From Acidimicrobiia bacterium (lineage in GTDB: Bacteria; Actinomycetota; Acidimicrobiia; Spongiisociales; ZC4RG35), in contig DASVBU010000025.1 in NCBI GenBank assembly GCA_036375695.1, forward strand, positions 1,879 through 65,878: DNA of 64,000 nt. Direction: 5' to 3'. Shown piece after piece: positions 18,969-28,843 of the stretch. The first letter of the stretch is position 1; every line of letters starts with the position of its first letter. The notes beneath the pieces are model-generated. The model did no database searches and was not told the origin of the DNA. It saw nothing but the letters and a program-made list of their open reading frames with translations. The translations under genes and the position numbers were made by a program.

Positions 18969-19909
18969 CGACGAACCATTTGCTGCTTCGGATCCAACGC
19001 GTCCCTCAGGCCGTCACCGATGAAGTTGATGGTGAGCACGATGACGATGATGAAGATGCCGGGAATGTAGAACAGCCACGGCCGGGTGAACACCGCGGTC
19101 TGCGCGTTCTGGATGAGGAGCCCCAACGAGGTGTCGGGGATCTGGATACCGAAACCGAGGAACGACAGCGCCGCCTCGACCAGGATCGCCGTGGCTATGA
19201 CCAGCGTGGCGTCCACGATGATCACACCGGCGGTGTTGGGGAGGAGGTGTCTGAAGATGATCCGGGCGTCGCCGGCGCCCATGGCCCGGGAGGCTTCGAC
19301 GAACTCCTGCTCACGCAGGGACAGGACCATGCCGCGGACGACGCGTGCGGTGCTCGTCCACCCGAACAGGCCGATGATCAGGGCGACGCTGAGCCAGGTG
19401 GTACCCCTGGTGAAGCCCGCCAGGACGAGCACGACCACCAGGATGGGTATCACGATGATGACGTCGACGATCCGCATCATGATCGAGTCGATCCGGCCCC
19501 GGTAGAACCCGGCGATGGCGCCCCAGGTGGCGCCGATGCCAGTGGTGAGGAGGGCGACGAGGAAGCCGACCTTCAGTGTCTGCTGGGTGCCCCGCATCAC
19601 CTGACCCATGACGTCCTGTCCGGCTCGGGTGGTCCCGAACGGGTGGTCCCAGCTGGGTGGTTCGTCGCTGGGAATGGAGCGGTCGATGGTGTGGTCGTAT
19701 CTCCACAACAGCGGCCCGACGAATGCGAACAGCACGATGAGGATGAAAACCGCGAGGCTGCCCACTGCCACCTTGTGACGCAGGAAGCGCGTGACGATCA
19801 TCTGGAACTGGGTTCGCTCCTCGGTGGTGATGGCCTCGGCGCTGCGTAGCGGTAGGTCCTGGCCCACCGCGGACTCGATGGTCAGGTCCCGCTTCTCGAG
19901 ATCAGTCAT
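18965..19909 (-). CDS. peptide ABC transporter permease (OppC/DppC-like)
   Basis: Multi-TM protein with the binding-protein-dependent transport EAA-type loop (ASRAMGAGDARIIFRHLLPN). Start taken at ATG 19909 (MTDLEKRD), overlapping the upstream stop; ATG 19936 is the alternative. Confidence 0.85.
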   Translation of the reverse strand: MTDLEKRDLTIESAVGQDLPLRSAEAITTEERTQFQMIVTRFLRHKVAVGSLAVFILIVLFAFVGPLLWRYDHTIDRSIPSDEPPSWDHPFGTTRAGQDVMGQVMRGTQQTLKVGFLVALLTTGIGATWGAIAGFYRGRIDSIMMRIVDVIIVIPILVVVLVLAGFTRGTTWLSVALIIGLFGWTSTARVVRGMVLSLREQEFVEASRAMGAGDARIIFRHLLPNTAGVIIVDATLVIATAILVEAALSFLGFGIQIPDTSLGLLIQNAQTAVFTRPWLFYIPGIFIIVIVLTINFIGDGLRDALDPKQQMVRR

Positions 19910-20909
19910 ATCGGATCCGAGGGTCGAGGACGCCATAGAGGAGGTCGGCGACCAGATTGGCGGCGACCACCAGGATGCCGGCGAGCAACAGGAAGGCCAT
20001 CACGGCGAACGCGTCGTATTCGGCGATGGATTGGGTGAGAAACGTGCCGAGCCCGCGCCAGCGGAACACGGTCTCGGTGATCACCGCCCCGGTCAGGGCT
20101 CCCGACACGGTGAGGGCCGCCAGGGTGACAACGGGGATCAGGGCGGTGCGAAGGGCGTGGCGCCGCATCACCACCCGGTTGGGGAGGCCCTTGGCACGCG
20201 CCAGCCGGATGTAGTCGCTGTTGAGCACTTCGAGCATCGACGCCCGCTGGTAGCGGCTGATCGCCGCGTAGCCGGTGAGCATGAGGGTGAGGGTGGGCAG
20301 GACCAGGTGCAGCACCACGTCCATGAACGCCTCCCACCCCTCCATCCGGTAGTAGAGAGGGGAGGTCGCGCCCAACGTGGCGAAATTGGTTCCCAGGTTC
20401 TGGTTCGCCCAGATGCCGGCCTCCTTGATCAGGGCGGCGAGCCAGAAGGTGGGCATGGCGAGCGCGAGGAAGCCGAAGAAGGTGAGGCTGTTGTCGGTGA
20501 TCGAGTACTGCTTCACCGCCGAGATGACACCGGTCACCACCGCCAAGCCGAGGGCGAAGAGCGTTGCAGCCCCGACCAGGCGCAGGGTGATCACGAAGCG
20601 CTCGCCGATCTCGGTGCCGATGTCCATCGCCCCCTGAGTGGATGGGCCCCACTTGCCCTGGAGGATCCCGATGTCTCCGTGCGTGTCACCGATGCCGGTC
20701 AGCCAGAGCCAGTAACGCTCGACCGTGGGGCGATCCAGGTAGAGCTGGACCTCACGGGCCCGGATCGTCGCTTCCGGGACGGGCGGTGTGGCGAACCGCA
20801 GCTCCTGCAATGGGTCGCCTGACAGGTCTACGAGCACGAAGGTGAAGAAAGTGGCCGCGATGAGCACCGGGATGGTGACTGCCAGACGGCGCAGCACATA
20901 GACGAGCAC
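19902..20909 (-). CDS. peptide ABC transporter permease (OppB/DppB-like)
   Basis: 335 aa with MLVYVLRRLAVTIPVL, a typical OppB N-terminus, and DYIRLARAKGLPNRVVMRRHALR. Confidence 0.88.
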   Translation of the reverse strand: MLVYVLRRLAVTIPVLIAATFFTFVLVDLSGDPLQELRFATPPVPEATIRAREVQLYLDRPTVERYWLWLTGIGDTHGDIGILQGKWGPSTQGAMDIGTEIGERFVITLRLVGAATLFALGLAVVTGVISAVKQYSITDNSLTFFGFLALAMPTFWLAALIKEAGIWANQNLGTNFATLGATSPLYYRMEGWEAFMDVVLHLVLPTLTLMLTGYAAISRYQRASMLEVLNSDYIRLARAKGLPNRVVMRRHALRTALIPVVTLAALTVSGALTGAVITETVFRWRGLGTFLTQSIAEYDAFAVMAFLLLAGILVVAANLVADLLYGVLDPRIRYD

Positions 20910-20965
20910 AGGCGGATCCTAAACGGGTGGAGCGCGCTGTCGCTACTCCGACGGAAGTTCAGTAT

Positions 20966-21004
20966 CGAAAAATGAAGGGGGCCGGGCGTATGCCCGGCCC
21001 CCTT
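20966..21004 (-). terminator. intrinsic terminator/attenuator between the binding-protein gene and the permease genes
   Basis: Perfect stem AAGGGGGCCGGGC-gtat-GCCCGGCCCCCTT (20975-21004), followed on the minus strand by TTCATTTTT. Confidence 0.6.
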
Positions 21005-21024
21005 CGAAGGTGTGGTTCAGCCGA

Positions 21025-22899
21025 TCAGTTGGCGGCTGCCACGCCCCACTGACCCACGTTGTGGTAGGCGCGGGTGCTGTCGAAGTGGTTGTCCCTGATG
21101 TTGACGAGCTCACGCCCGACGAACGTCAGGTTCATGGTGTCCCACAACGGCATGACGTAGGCCTCGTCCATCACGATCTGCACCGCCTGGTTGGTCAGCT
21201 CAGCTGCCTCATCCAGGGTCGGGGCGACGAGGATCTGCTTGACCAGCTCGTCGACCTCGTCGTTGACGAAGCCACCGAAGTTGGATTGGCTCTCCGACCA
21301 CCAGAACTGGTCAGGCGCCGCGGTGAAGAGCGGTGAACCGCTCCAACCGAAGATCACGATGTCCCAGTCCGGGGAGACCAGCAGAGCGCCCAGGTTGTCC
21401 GCCGGGACAGGCACCACGTTGATGCCGATCTCGGCGAGGTAGTTCTGGGTGAGCTCCACGAAGGTCCCTCGGTTGGTGTTGGCGGCCGAGAAGCCGAACC
21501 GGACATCGGGCACCGGGGTGCCGTCGGGAGCGGTCAGGGCGCCAGCCCCGCCGTCCATGCCGGTGTAGCCGGCCTCTTCGAGGATGGCCCGTGCGGCTTC
21601 CACATCACCGCTTCCGTAACCCGTTCCCTCCATGAAGTCCTGGTAGTAGTTCGGGTCGTTCTGCGGGAAGATGTGGTTGTTGCGGAACTGCGGCTCGATG
21701 TCGCCGTAGATGCGCTCACGAGCATCTGCACGGTCGATGGCCGTCCAGATCGCCTTGCGCAACGCAACGTCGCTCAGGGTCTCCATGTTCATGTCGATGT
21801 GCTCCCAAACGGCGCCGCCGGAGCCGAGAGCCCAGGTCACGTCATCCATGCCCTGAAGCTGCTGGAGCAGGTCGGCGTCGAAGGATGCCGGCGAACCACC
21901 GTGGAGGTCACGGTTGGTGAGTGCCGGAATCCAGGAGCCACGGTCGGTCACCACTTCCTTGGTGACAGTCGACAGCGTCGCCACGTCCTCGGTGCCGTAG
22001 TACGACTCGTTGGGGACGAGGACGACACGCTCACCAAGGGTGGCGTTCTCGATCATGTACGGGCCACCGGACCAGTTGGGCACCGTGGTGTTGAAGAACA
22101 CCGACGCCTGGGCCACACCTTCGGGGGTGCTCAGGTCGAAGCCCTGGTCCTCCGCGATGTGTGCCGGGTAGTAGAGGCCGCCGTAAAGGGCGTGCCACTC
22201 GGCGTACGGGTAGCCCTCGGGGAATTGCACCATGATGGTGTTGCCCTCGGCCGTGATGTCGACGATGTCCTCAAAGCGAGACGTGCTCGCCGGGAAGCAC
22301 CCTTCGGAGCCCTTGGCCGGGAGGCCGGTCTCCGGGTCGATCTCACCCACGAGGCAGTGCTCGGGGTTGCCGCTCAGGAACTTCCACTGGAGGATGAAGT
22401 CGTCGACGGTCACCGGCGTGGTCGACCCATCCGGGTTGGTCCAGACGACCCCTTCCTTCAGCTCATAGGTGATGACATCGTTCTCGTACGTCGGCTCGGA
22501 CGCGAGAACATCCATGTTCCACACGAACTCCCCGTTGGGCATGTACTGGCCAATGATGACCTCCATGCCTTCCAGGGCCTGGACGGTGTACACGGAGTTC
22601 GCCTCGACCCGGTTCACGTTCCATCCGTCCCAGGGCTGGTCGATCAGATAGACCACGTCACCGCCGTCTTCGCGGGGTCCGCTGTTGCAGTTGAGCGGGT
22701 CTTCCGTGCAGCCCTCGAGACCAGGATTGGCCTGAGGGGCCGTAGTCGTGGTGCCGTCACCACCGCCGCCGGTCGTGGTCGTCTGACCGTCGCCCGCCGT
22801 GGTGGTCGTTGCCTGCCCGCCGCCGCCGCAAGCCGCGACCAATAGGCCGAGGATTGCTACCGCGGCGAGCCATCGCCACGACCGATACTTGCTTTTCAT
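21025..22899 (-). CDS. ABC transporter substrate-binding lipoprotein, family 5 (peptide/nickel type)
   Basis: 624 aa with a signal peptide, lipobox LLVAACGG and a Thr/Gly-rich linker. Located at the head of the opp-like operon. Confidence 0.85.
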   Translation of the reverse strand: MKSKYRSWRWLAAVAILGLLVAACGGGGQATTTTAGDGQTTTTGGGGDGTTTTAPQANPGLEGCTEDPLNCNSGPREDGGDVVYLIDQPWDGWNVNRVEANSVYTVQALEGMEVIIGQYMPNGEFVWNMDVLASEPTYENDVITYELKEGVVWTNPDGSTTPVTVDDFILQWKFLSGNPEHCLVGEIDPETGLPAKGSEGCFPASTSRFEDIVDITAEGNTIMVQFPEGYPYAEWHALYGGLYYPAHIAEDQGFDLSTPEGVAQASVFFNTTVPNWSGGPYMIENATLGERVVLVPNESYYGTEDVATLSTVTKEVVTDRGSWIPALTNRDLHGGSPASFDADLLQQLQGMDDVTWALGSGGAVWEHIDMNMETLSDVALRKAIWTAIDRADARERIYGDIEPQFRNNHIFPQNDPNYYQDFMEGTGYGSGDVEAARAILEEAGYTGMDGGAGALTAPDGTPVPDVRFGFSAANTNRGTFVELTQNYLAEIGINVVPVPADNLGALLVSPDWDIVIFGWSGSPLFTAAPDQFWWSESQSNFGGFVNDEVDELVKQILVAPTLDEAAELTNQAVQIVMDEAYVMPLWDTMNLTFVGRELVNIRDNHFDSTRAYHNVGQWGVAAAN

Positions 22900-23032
22900 T
22901 CGATTGATCCTCCTGCGGGGGATTTCCTTGGCGGCGCGCCCGAACGGACGCAGCCGTCGCGATAGACCTTAGACGCAGCCGTGTTGGACTGCGACCTCAA
23001 ACGTCGGGTATCAACCCCACTGAACCCGTGTT

Positions 23033-23980
23033 TCAGGCGGACTGTGAGCGTGTTTCGAGCCACGAAACGACCACTTCGCCGATCGAAGCCGGGTCGATCA
23101 CGGTCTGGTGCGTCACGTCCTCCAGTATCTCCAGGTCTACCGTGAGCCCGGCTTCTTCGAGGGCCTCGGCGAAGTCCTCGCTGAACCGGACGGGGACCAC
23201 CGTGTCGGCGCCACCGTGGATCAGCAGCGTGGCGATCCCGTCATCCGGGTCGATGAGCTCCATCGGGTTGCCGCTCGCCCAGAGATCGGGATCGTCGGAG
23301 AGCGAAACGCCGAACACCGGTGCGGCGAGCATCCCGAGTCGGGTGATGTCGTAGGGGCCCGCCAATCCGATGAGCCCGGTGGCACCCGCCTCTCGGGTGT
23401 CCCCACACCCTTCTCCGAACAGTGTGCCGGTCAACGCCACCACCGCCGCCAGGTGGGCACCCGACGAGTGCCCGATCAGGGTCACGGTTCCGTCGGATGC
23501 CGGGTGGTGTGCCGCGTGCCGCACCGCGCAGGCGACATCGTGCAGGGCGCCGGGGAACGACGGATCGCTCAAGGTGGCCAATTCGTACCTGGTGTTGACC
23601 ACGAGGTAGCCGTTGTCTGCCAGGTGTCCGGCGAGACGTTCCAGTGACCGGGGAGATCCCGCTATCCAGCTCCCCCCATGGACCAGCACCACCGCCGGGA
23701 ACGGCCCCGATCCCTCGGGGACGGTCACCTCGGCGTCCAGATCCCGAATGGGCGTCGTGGTGGTGCTCCCGTTGGCGGTCGTAGACGTCACGGTCGAGGT
23801 GGTGGTGCTCGGCTGCAGGGTGGTGACCGTCGGGCTGGTCGGTTCGGTGACGTTGGTCGAGGTCGGGACGAGAGCCGGGAGCGCGGTGCAGGCGGCGAGC
23901 GCGCCCAGGAGCAGGAGGCCGGTCGGCCGGGCGGCGGATCCGCGGTCAGGAGAGAAGAGACGCCGCAGCACGATCGACAT
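23033..23980 (-). CDS. secreted alpha/beta hydrolase (esterase/lipase-like) lipoprotein
   Basis: Lipobox GALAAC, a Thr-rich linker, oxyanion-type VLVHGGSW and nucleophile elbow GHSSGAH. Start placed at ATG 23980 (MSIVLRRL); the ORF-track start at 24046 overlaps pgl by 100 nt. Confidence 0.72.
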   Translation of the reverse strand: MSIVLRRLFSPDRGSAARPTGLLLLGALAACTALPALVPTSTNVTEPTSPTVTTLQPSTTTSTVTSTTANGSTTTTPIRDLDAEVTVPEGSGPFPAVVLVHGGSWIAGSPRSLERLAGHLADNGYLVVNTRYELATLSDPSFPGALHDVACAVRHAAHHPASDGTVTLIGHSSGAHLAAVVALTGTLFGEGCGDTREAGATGLIGLAGPYDITRLGMLAAPVFGVSLSDDPDLWASGNPMELIDPDDGIATLLIHGGADTVVPVRFSEDFAEALEEAGLTVDLEILEDVTHQTVIDPASIGEVVVSWLETRSQSA

Positions 23981-24623
23981 GCCACTCGACCCGGGCCTCG
24001 CCCCTTCCGAGACGGCCCGCCGGGGTGAGCCCGGCGAAGGAGTCACGGACCGCTGCGGCCTTCGACTCCCCGTGCGCCTGGACCAAGACGACCTCGGCGG
24101 ACCATATGAGAGGGAATGTGGCCGTGATCCGGAACTCGGATTGGGCGGGCACCCAGTTGGCGACGATGTACCGGTTCCACTCCTCGAGGGCGGTGGTGTT
24201 GGGGAACAGGGAAGCGGTGTGACCGTCCTCGCCGACGCCCAGGTGGATCACGTCGGGGCGACTTCCCTCGAGCAGGTTGCGGACCGTGGCGTCGTATTGC
24301 GCCGCGGCCTCGTCCGGCTCCATGTCTTCTGCCCATGGCGGTCGGTAGAGCCAGGTGCCAACGGGTCCCGCCAGCACTTCGGCCGCCATCCGGCCGTTGC
24401 AACGTTCGTCATATGGCGGCACCCAGCGCTCGTCGGTGATCCAAAGATCGATCTTCTCCCAGTCGAGATCCATCCCCGAGAGGATTCGATATGCGGGTAT
24501 CGGGGTGGTGCCACCCGTGAGACCGAGGGTGAACCGGTCGTCGGCCTTGGCGGCGAGCTCGGCGATCCGATCCGCCACGGCTCGAGATGTCTCCTCGGGT
24601 GTGTCGTGTACGACGAGTTCCAC
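23946..24623 (-). CDS. pgl: 6-phosphogluconolactonase
   Basis: 225 aa with GLTGGTTP, TDERWVP and GVGEDGHTASLFP. Confidence 0.85.
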   Translation of the reverse strand: MELVVHDTPEETSRAVADRIAELAAKADDRFTLGLTGGTTPIPAYRILSGMDLDWEKIDLWITDERWVPPYDERCNGRMAAEVLAGPVGTWLYRPPWAEDMEPDEAAAQYDATVRNLLEGSRPDVIHLGVGEDGHTASLFPNTTALEEWNRYIVANWVPAQSEFRITATFPLIWSAEVVLVQAHGESKAAAVRDSFAGLTPAGRLGRGEARVEWHVDRAAASLLS

Positions 24624-24660
24624 TGACGGCCGAGCCTACCGAGGGACGCGGTGTGTCGGG

Positions 24661-25299
24661 TCACGTGAGCCGCCCCACCCACCCGGCCGTCCGTTCGGCG
24701 AGGAACGAAGCGGTGGTCTCCTCGGTCCAACCACCGCCCCTGGGGGAGTGGGTGGCCTTCTCCAGGATCTCGACGGTCGCATTGGGCAGCGTGGCGATGT
24801 GACGCTGGAACAGGTCCATGCGGGCCATGGCGTCGTTGGTCCCTTGAAAGAACAGCATCGGCAGATCGATGGCGGGGAACTGGTCGATGCGCAGACTCTC
24901 GGGTCGGCCTGCGGGGTGGAGCGGGTAGGCGTACAGCACCAGGCCGGCGGCCGGGTGGCCGTCGGCGGCGAGATAGGTACCCATCCGCCCGCCCATGGAG
25001 CGGCCGGCCAGGAAGACCCGATCGACCTCTTTCGTCAACCGCTCGGCTGCGGCGCGATGACATGCGAGGAGCCGATCCCGATGGTCGGGTCGGCGGCCTC
25101 CCCGCTCGGTGTACGGGTAGTTGAAGGTGAGGACATGCAGACCCCACCCGGCGAGACCGTCCCTCAGCTTCTCCATGAATGGGTGGTCCTGGTTCGTCCC
25201 CGCGCCGTGGGCGAGGAGGATCCCCGTGGGGCCCTCGCCGGCCATGCGCGCAGTGACCGTCTCTCCCTTGGCCCAGGTGATGCGGAGGGTGCGTGCCAT
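24661..25299 (-). CDS. alpha/beta family hydrolase (dienelactone-hydrolase/KANL3-like)
   Basis: ATG 25299 gives MARTLRITW...ILLAHGAGTNQDHPFM...FLAGRSMGGR (nucleophile elbow). The 53-codon upstream extension in the ORF track is rejected. Confidence 0.7.
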   Translation of the reverse strand: MARTLRITWAKGETVTARMAGEGPTGILLAHGAGTNQDHPFMEKLRDGLAGWGLHVLTFNYPYTERGGRRPDHRDRLLACHRAAAERLTKEVDRVFLAGRSMGGRMGTYLAADGHPAAGLVLYAYPLHPAGRPESLRIDQFPAIDLPMLFFQGTNDAMARMDLFQRHIATLPNATVEILEKATHSPRGGGWTEETTASFLAERTAGWVGRLT

Positions 25300-25331
25300 C
25301 GGCTTCGCAAGGTACTGGGTGTCTCGAACAC

Positions 25332-25395
25332 CGTACCCCGTATCCCGACAGGCCTTTTGGGTACGGGGTACGAGGCACGGAGTACGGGGTGCGGC
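25332..25395. promoter_or_regulatory. imperfect inverted repeat plus GTACGGG-type heptamers in a divergent promoter region
   Basis: CGTACCCCGTATCCC (25332-25346) and GGGTACGGGGTACG (25359-25372) form an inverted repeat with one indel. The right arm continues as the tandem units GTACGGG GTACGAG GCACGGA GTACGGG GTGCGGC. Confidence 0.4.
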
Positions 25396-25469
25396 GATAC
25401 GAACTAGGCACAAGCCCAGGGCAAAGGGCATAATCCGTGTTCGTTCTTCCACTCCCAAGGAGTCTTCAG

Positions 25470-26147
25470 ATGTCAGAGATCACCCTGCGCGCCCACACCG
25501 GGAGGACGCCCGGAACGCGCAGCTCGCGCCGGCTCCGCCGTGAGGGCATGGTCCCGGCGGTCGTCTACGGCATGGGGATGGAGCCCGTGTCGGTCGCCGT
25601 CGATGCCCACGATCTCCATCTCGCCCTCCACACCGAGGCCGGGGTCAATGCGGTCATCTCACTCGAGATCGAAGGTGCTGAGACCGTGACCACGATGGCG
25701 CGAGTCATCGAGAAGCATCCGTTCCGCCCCGAGTACCGCCATGTCGATTTCGTCCGGGTCGACCTGACCCGGGCGATCCACACCGAAGTGCCCATTCATT
25801 TCGAGGGCGAGCCGATCGGCGTCAGGGAGGGTGGTGTGCTCTCCCCGGCCAAGACCCATGTCCTGGTGGAGGGTCTTCCCACGGAAATCCCGGGACACAT
25901 CGAGGTCGACATCAGCGGCGTGGAGCTGGGTGGGAACCTTCGTGTGGCCGACCTGCCCCAGATCGAGGGCATCACCTATCTCGACGACCCCGAGGCCGTC
26001 CTGATGTCGGTGACCACACCGGCGGCCGAGGAGCCCGAAGTGGTCGAGGAAGAGGAAGAAGCCGCCGAAGCGGCCGAAGGCGAGGAGGCCGCACCGGCCG
26101 ATGAGGCTGCCGAAGAGGCTGCTGAAGAAGAGGGCGGAGACGAGTAG
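25470..26147 (+). CDS. rplY: 50S ribosomal protein L25 / general stress protein Ctc
   Basis: ATG 25470 is preceded by AAGGAG. N-terminus is RAHTGRTPGTRSSRRLRREGMVPAVVYG, and the C-terminal tail is acidic Ala/Glu-rich. Confidence 0.9.
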   Translation: MSEITLRAHTGRTPGTRSSRRLRREGMVPAVVYGMGMEPVSVAVDAHDLHLALHTEAGVNAVISLEIEGAETVTTMARVIEKHPFRPEYRHVDFVRVDLTRAIHTEVPIHFEGEPIGVREGGVLSPAKTHVLVEGLPTEIPGHIEVDISGVELGGNLRVADLPQIEGITYLDDPEAVLMSVTTPAAEEPEVVEEEEEAAEAAEGEEAAPADEAAEEAAEEEGGDE

Positions 26148-26154
26148 CGCCCGA

Positions 26155-26718
26155 GTGGTCGTTGTCGGGCTCCGCAACCCCGGGCCCGGCTACCAGGGCA
26201 CCCGTCACAACATCGGATTCGAGGTCCTCTCTCGAGTCGCCGACCGCGCCGGAGCGCGACTGGGGCGCGCTCCCGCTCGCGTGCCCGCCCAGGTGGTCTC
26301 GCTGGGAAGCGCCGTCCTCGCCAGCCCGGTGACCTACATGAACGACTCGGGGAGGGCGGTGCGCGCCATCCTCGACTATTGGAGGGTGGCGCCGGCCGAC
26401 CTCCTCGTCATCCACGACGACATCGACCTGGCCTTCGGGAGGCTTCGTGTCCAGGTGGGAGGCGGTTCGGGCGGCCACAACGGGATCCGGTCCATCGACC
26501 GAGCGCTCGGAACACCGGACTACTCCCGCCTCAAGGTTGGGGTGGGACGACCACCGGGGACCATGGACCCGGCCGACTACGTCTTGCAGCGTTTCTCGAA
26601 GACCGAGCGCGAGGAGATCGACGTACTGATCGAGGACGCCGCCGACGTCGTCGACGCCTGGCTCGAGGATCGGTCACGGGCACAGGAAATGGCCGCCCAT
26701 CGGGGACGCGATGCCTGA
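26155..26718 (+). CDS. pth: peptidyl-tRNA hydrolase
   Basis: GTG 26155 lies just after the rplY stop. Motifs [28 protein letters not shown] and GGHNGIRSI. Confidence 0.9.
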   Translation: MVVVGLRNPGPGYQGTRHNIGFEVLSRVADRAGARLGRAPARVPAQVVSLGSAVLASPVTYMNDSGRAVRAILDYWRVAPADLLVIHDDIDLAFGRLRVQVGGGSGGHNGIRSIDRALGTPDYSRLKVGVGRPPGTMDPADYVLQRFSKTEREEIDVLIEDAADVVDAWLEDRSRAQEMAAHRGRDA

Positions 26719-28186
26719 GTTCGTCGGCGCCATCGACCAGGGGACGACCTCCACCCGGTTCATGGTCTTCGACGGCGGCGGCGAGGTCCGGGCATCCGCC
26801 CAGAAGGAGCATCGCCAGATCTTCCCCAACCCGGGCTGGGTCGAGCACGATCCGATGGAGATCTGGTCCAGCACCGTCGAAGTGATCGAGACGGCCCTCG
26901 CTCGTGCCGGTCTGGGCGCGAGCGACCTCGCCGGGGTGGGCATAGCCAACCAGAGGGAGACGACCGTGCTATGGAACCGGGCGACGGGCGAGCCCCTGGC
27001 CAACGCCGTCGTCTGGCAGGACACCAGGACCGACCGCATATGCGCCGACCTCGCCGCCGAGGGTGGGCCCGATCGCTTCAGGGACAGAACCGGGCTTCCC
27101 ATCGCCACCTATTTCTCGGGTCCCAAGATCCGCTGGCTCCTCGATGAAACGGGGCTCCGGGACCGGGCCGAGAGAGGCGAGGTCGCGTTTGGCACCATCG
27201 ACTCTTGGCTGGCGTGGAACCTCACGGGGCGTCACGTCACCGACTCCACCAATGCCTCCCGCACCCTGCTCTACGACCTCGCCACCGACTCGTGGGGCCC
27301 CGATCTGGCCGCGGTGATCGGTGTGCCCGAGACCGTGTTGCCCGAGATCGTGGACTCCGTCGGAGTGGTCGCCGATTGCGGAGGCCCCCTCGCCGGTGTC
27401 CCGTTGGCCGCCATGCTCGGGGACCAGCAAGCCGCCCTCTTCGGTCAGGCCTGCTTCCTGCCCGGGGAGGCCAAGAACACCTACGGGACCGGCAACTTCC
27501 TGCTCCTCCACACCGGGGACACGCCGGTCGCCTCGGCAGCCGGCCTGATCACCACGGTGGCCTCCCGCTTCCGGGGAGAGCCGGTCCAGTACGCACTGGA
27601 GGGCGCCATCGCCGTCACCGGCTCGCTCGTGCAGTGGCTCCGTGACAACCTGGGGATCATCTCCGATGCCTCGGAGGTCGAGGAGCTCGCCGCTTCCGTC
27701 GACGACACCGGCGACGTCTACTTCGTTCCCGCCTTCAGCGGGTTGTTCGCCCCTCATTGGAGATCGGATGCCAGAGGTGTGATCGTCGGGCTGACCCGGT
27801 TCATCGACAAGCGCCACCTGGCAAGGGCCGCTCTCGAAGCGACGGCGTTCCAGACCCAGGAGGTGCTGGCCGCGATGGCCGACGACTCCGGCGTCCGTCT
27901 CACGGAGCTCAGGGTGGATGGAGGGATGAGCCGCAACGATCTCCTCATGCAGATCCAGGCCGACGTGCTCGGCATCGACATCGTCAGGCCCCGGTTCACC
28001 GAGACCACCGTCCTCGGGGCGGCCTATGCGGCCGGTCTGGCCACCGGGCTCTGGAAGGACCGTGACGAGGTCAAGGGCTTGTGGGCCGAGGACCGCCGAT
28101 GGTCGCCACGCATCGACTTCTCCGAGAGGACGCGCCTCACCGCCCGCTGGAGCCAGGCGATACAGCGATCCCTGGGCTGGGCCTAG
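26711..28186 (+). CDS. glpK: glycerol kinase
   Basis: 491 aa with [27 protein letters not shown] and [20 protein letters not shown]. 8-nt overlap with pth. Confidence 0.95.
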   Translation: MPEFVGAIDQGTTSTRFMVFDGGGEVRASAQKEHRQIFPNPGWVEHDPMEIWSSTVEVIETALARAGLGASDLAGVGIANQRETTVLWNRATGEPLANAVVWQDTRTDRICADLAAEGGPDRFRDRTGLPIATYFSGPKIRWLLDETGLRDRAERGEVAFGTIDSWLAWNLTGRHVTDSTNASRTLLYDLATDSWGPDLAAVIGVPETVLPEIVDSVGVVADCGGPLAGVPLAAMLGDQQAALFGQACFLPGEAKNTYGTGNFLLLHTGDTPVASAAGLITTVASRFRGEPVQYALEGAIAVTGSLVQWLRDNLGIISDASEVEELAASVDDTGDVYFVPAFSGLFAPHWRSDARGVIVGLTRFIDKRHLARAALEATAFQTQEVLAAMADDSGVRLTELRVDGGMSRNDLLMQIQADVLGIDIVRPRFTETTVLGAAYAAGLATGLWKDRDEVKGLWAEDRRWSPRIDFSERTRLTARWSQAIQRSLGWA

Positions 28187-28255
28187 CCGGCCTCCACCGC
28201 CTTCCGACGCCACCCGGACGGGTCGCGTCCGCTCCCGGCACCGTATGATCGCGTC

Positions 28256-28843
28256 GTGACCCGAGGCCGTCTCAACTTGCCCGACGGACTCGCCCTTTTC
28301 CGGGTGGTGATGACCGTCCCCATCATGTCGTTCGTCAGGGCTGACGAGGACCAGATCCCCGGGCACTTCTTCATCGCCGCCGCACTGTTCGCCATCACCG
28401 CCCTCACCGACTTCCTCGACGGATACCTGGCGCGTCGGAGCACCGGGGGCACGGTCCTCGGGGCGTTCCTCGACACCACCGCCGACAAGATCCTGGTCAC
28501 CGGCGTGCTTCTCGCCCTCGTGTCCGTGGACCACGTCTCGGTGTGGCCGGCGGCGGTGATCGTGTTCCGGGAGTTCACCGTCATGGCCCTGCGCGGGGTC
28601 GTGGCCCACGGCGGAGGCCTGATCAAGCCGTCCACTTGGGGCAAGGCGAAGGCGGTCACGCAATACACGGCTCTGTTCCTCGCCTTTCTCAGGCTCCCGG
28701 ACAAGTGGGGGCCCTGGTACCTCGACCAGTACGTGATGGCGATCGCGGTGATCGCCACCATCGGGTCGATGTGGGGTTACCTTCAGTCCTTCTGGAAGGT
28801 GATCCGATCGGAGCCGGAACCGGCCCCCGCAAATCGGTCGTGA
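28256..28843 (+). CDS. pgsA: CDP-diacylglycerol--glycerol-3-phosphate 3-phosphatidyltransferase
   Basis: CDP-alcohol phosphatidyltransferase motif DFLDGYLARR...GAFLDTTADK in a multi-TM protein. Confidence 0.85.
   Translation: MTRGRLNLPDGLALFRVVMTVPIMSFVRADEDQIPGHFFIAAALFAITALTDFLDGYLARRSTGGTVLGAFLDTTADKILVTGVLLALVSVDHVSVWPAAVIVFREFTVMALRGVVAHGGGLIKPSTWGKAKAVTQYTALFLAFLRLPDKWGPWYLDQYVMAIAVIATIGSMWGYLQSFWKVIRSEPEPAPANRS

Noticed and set aside
23946-23980. 35-nt overlap between pgl and the esterase gene as a sign of frameshift or pseudogene
   Set aside because: Both frames are intact with their motifs. The overlap depends on my start choice for the esterase (the only in-frame ATG before the signal peptide) and is within the range seen for co-directional genes.
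26969-28663. 564-aa ORF on the minus strand, plus similar long antisense ORFs at 28783..29889, 35752..36903, 48965..50209, 54767..56290 and 57953..59770
   Set aside because: All lie antisense to genes with strong family signatures (glpK, epimerase, eno, M24, SBP, permease/amidohydrolase). All have the Arg/Gly/Asp/Pro-heavy composition of non-coding frames in GC-rich DNA.
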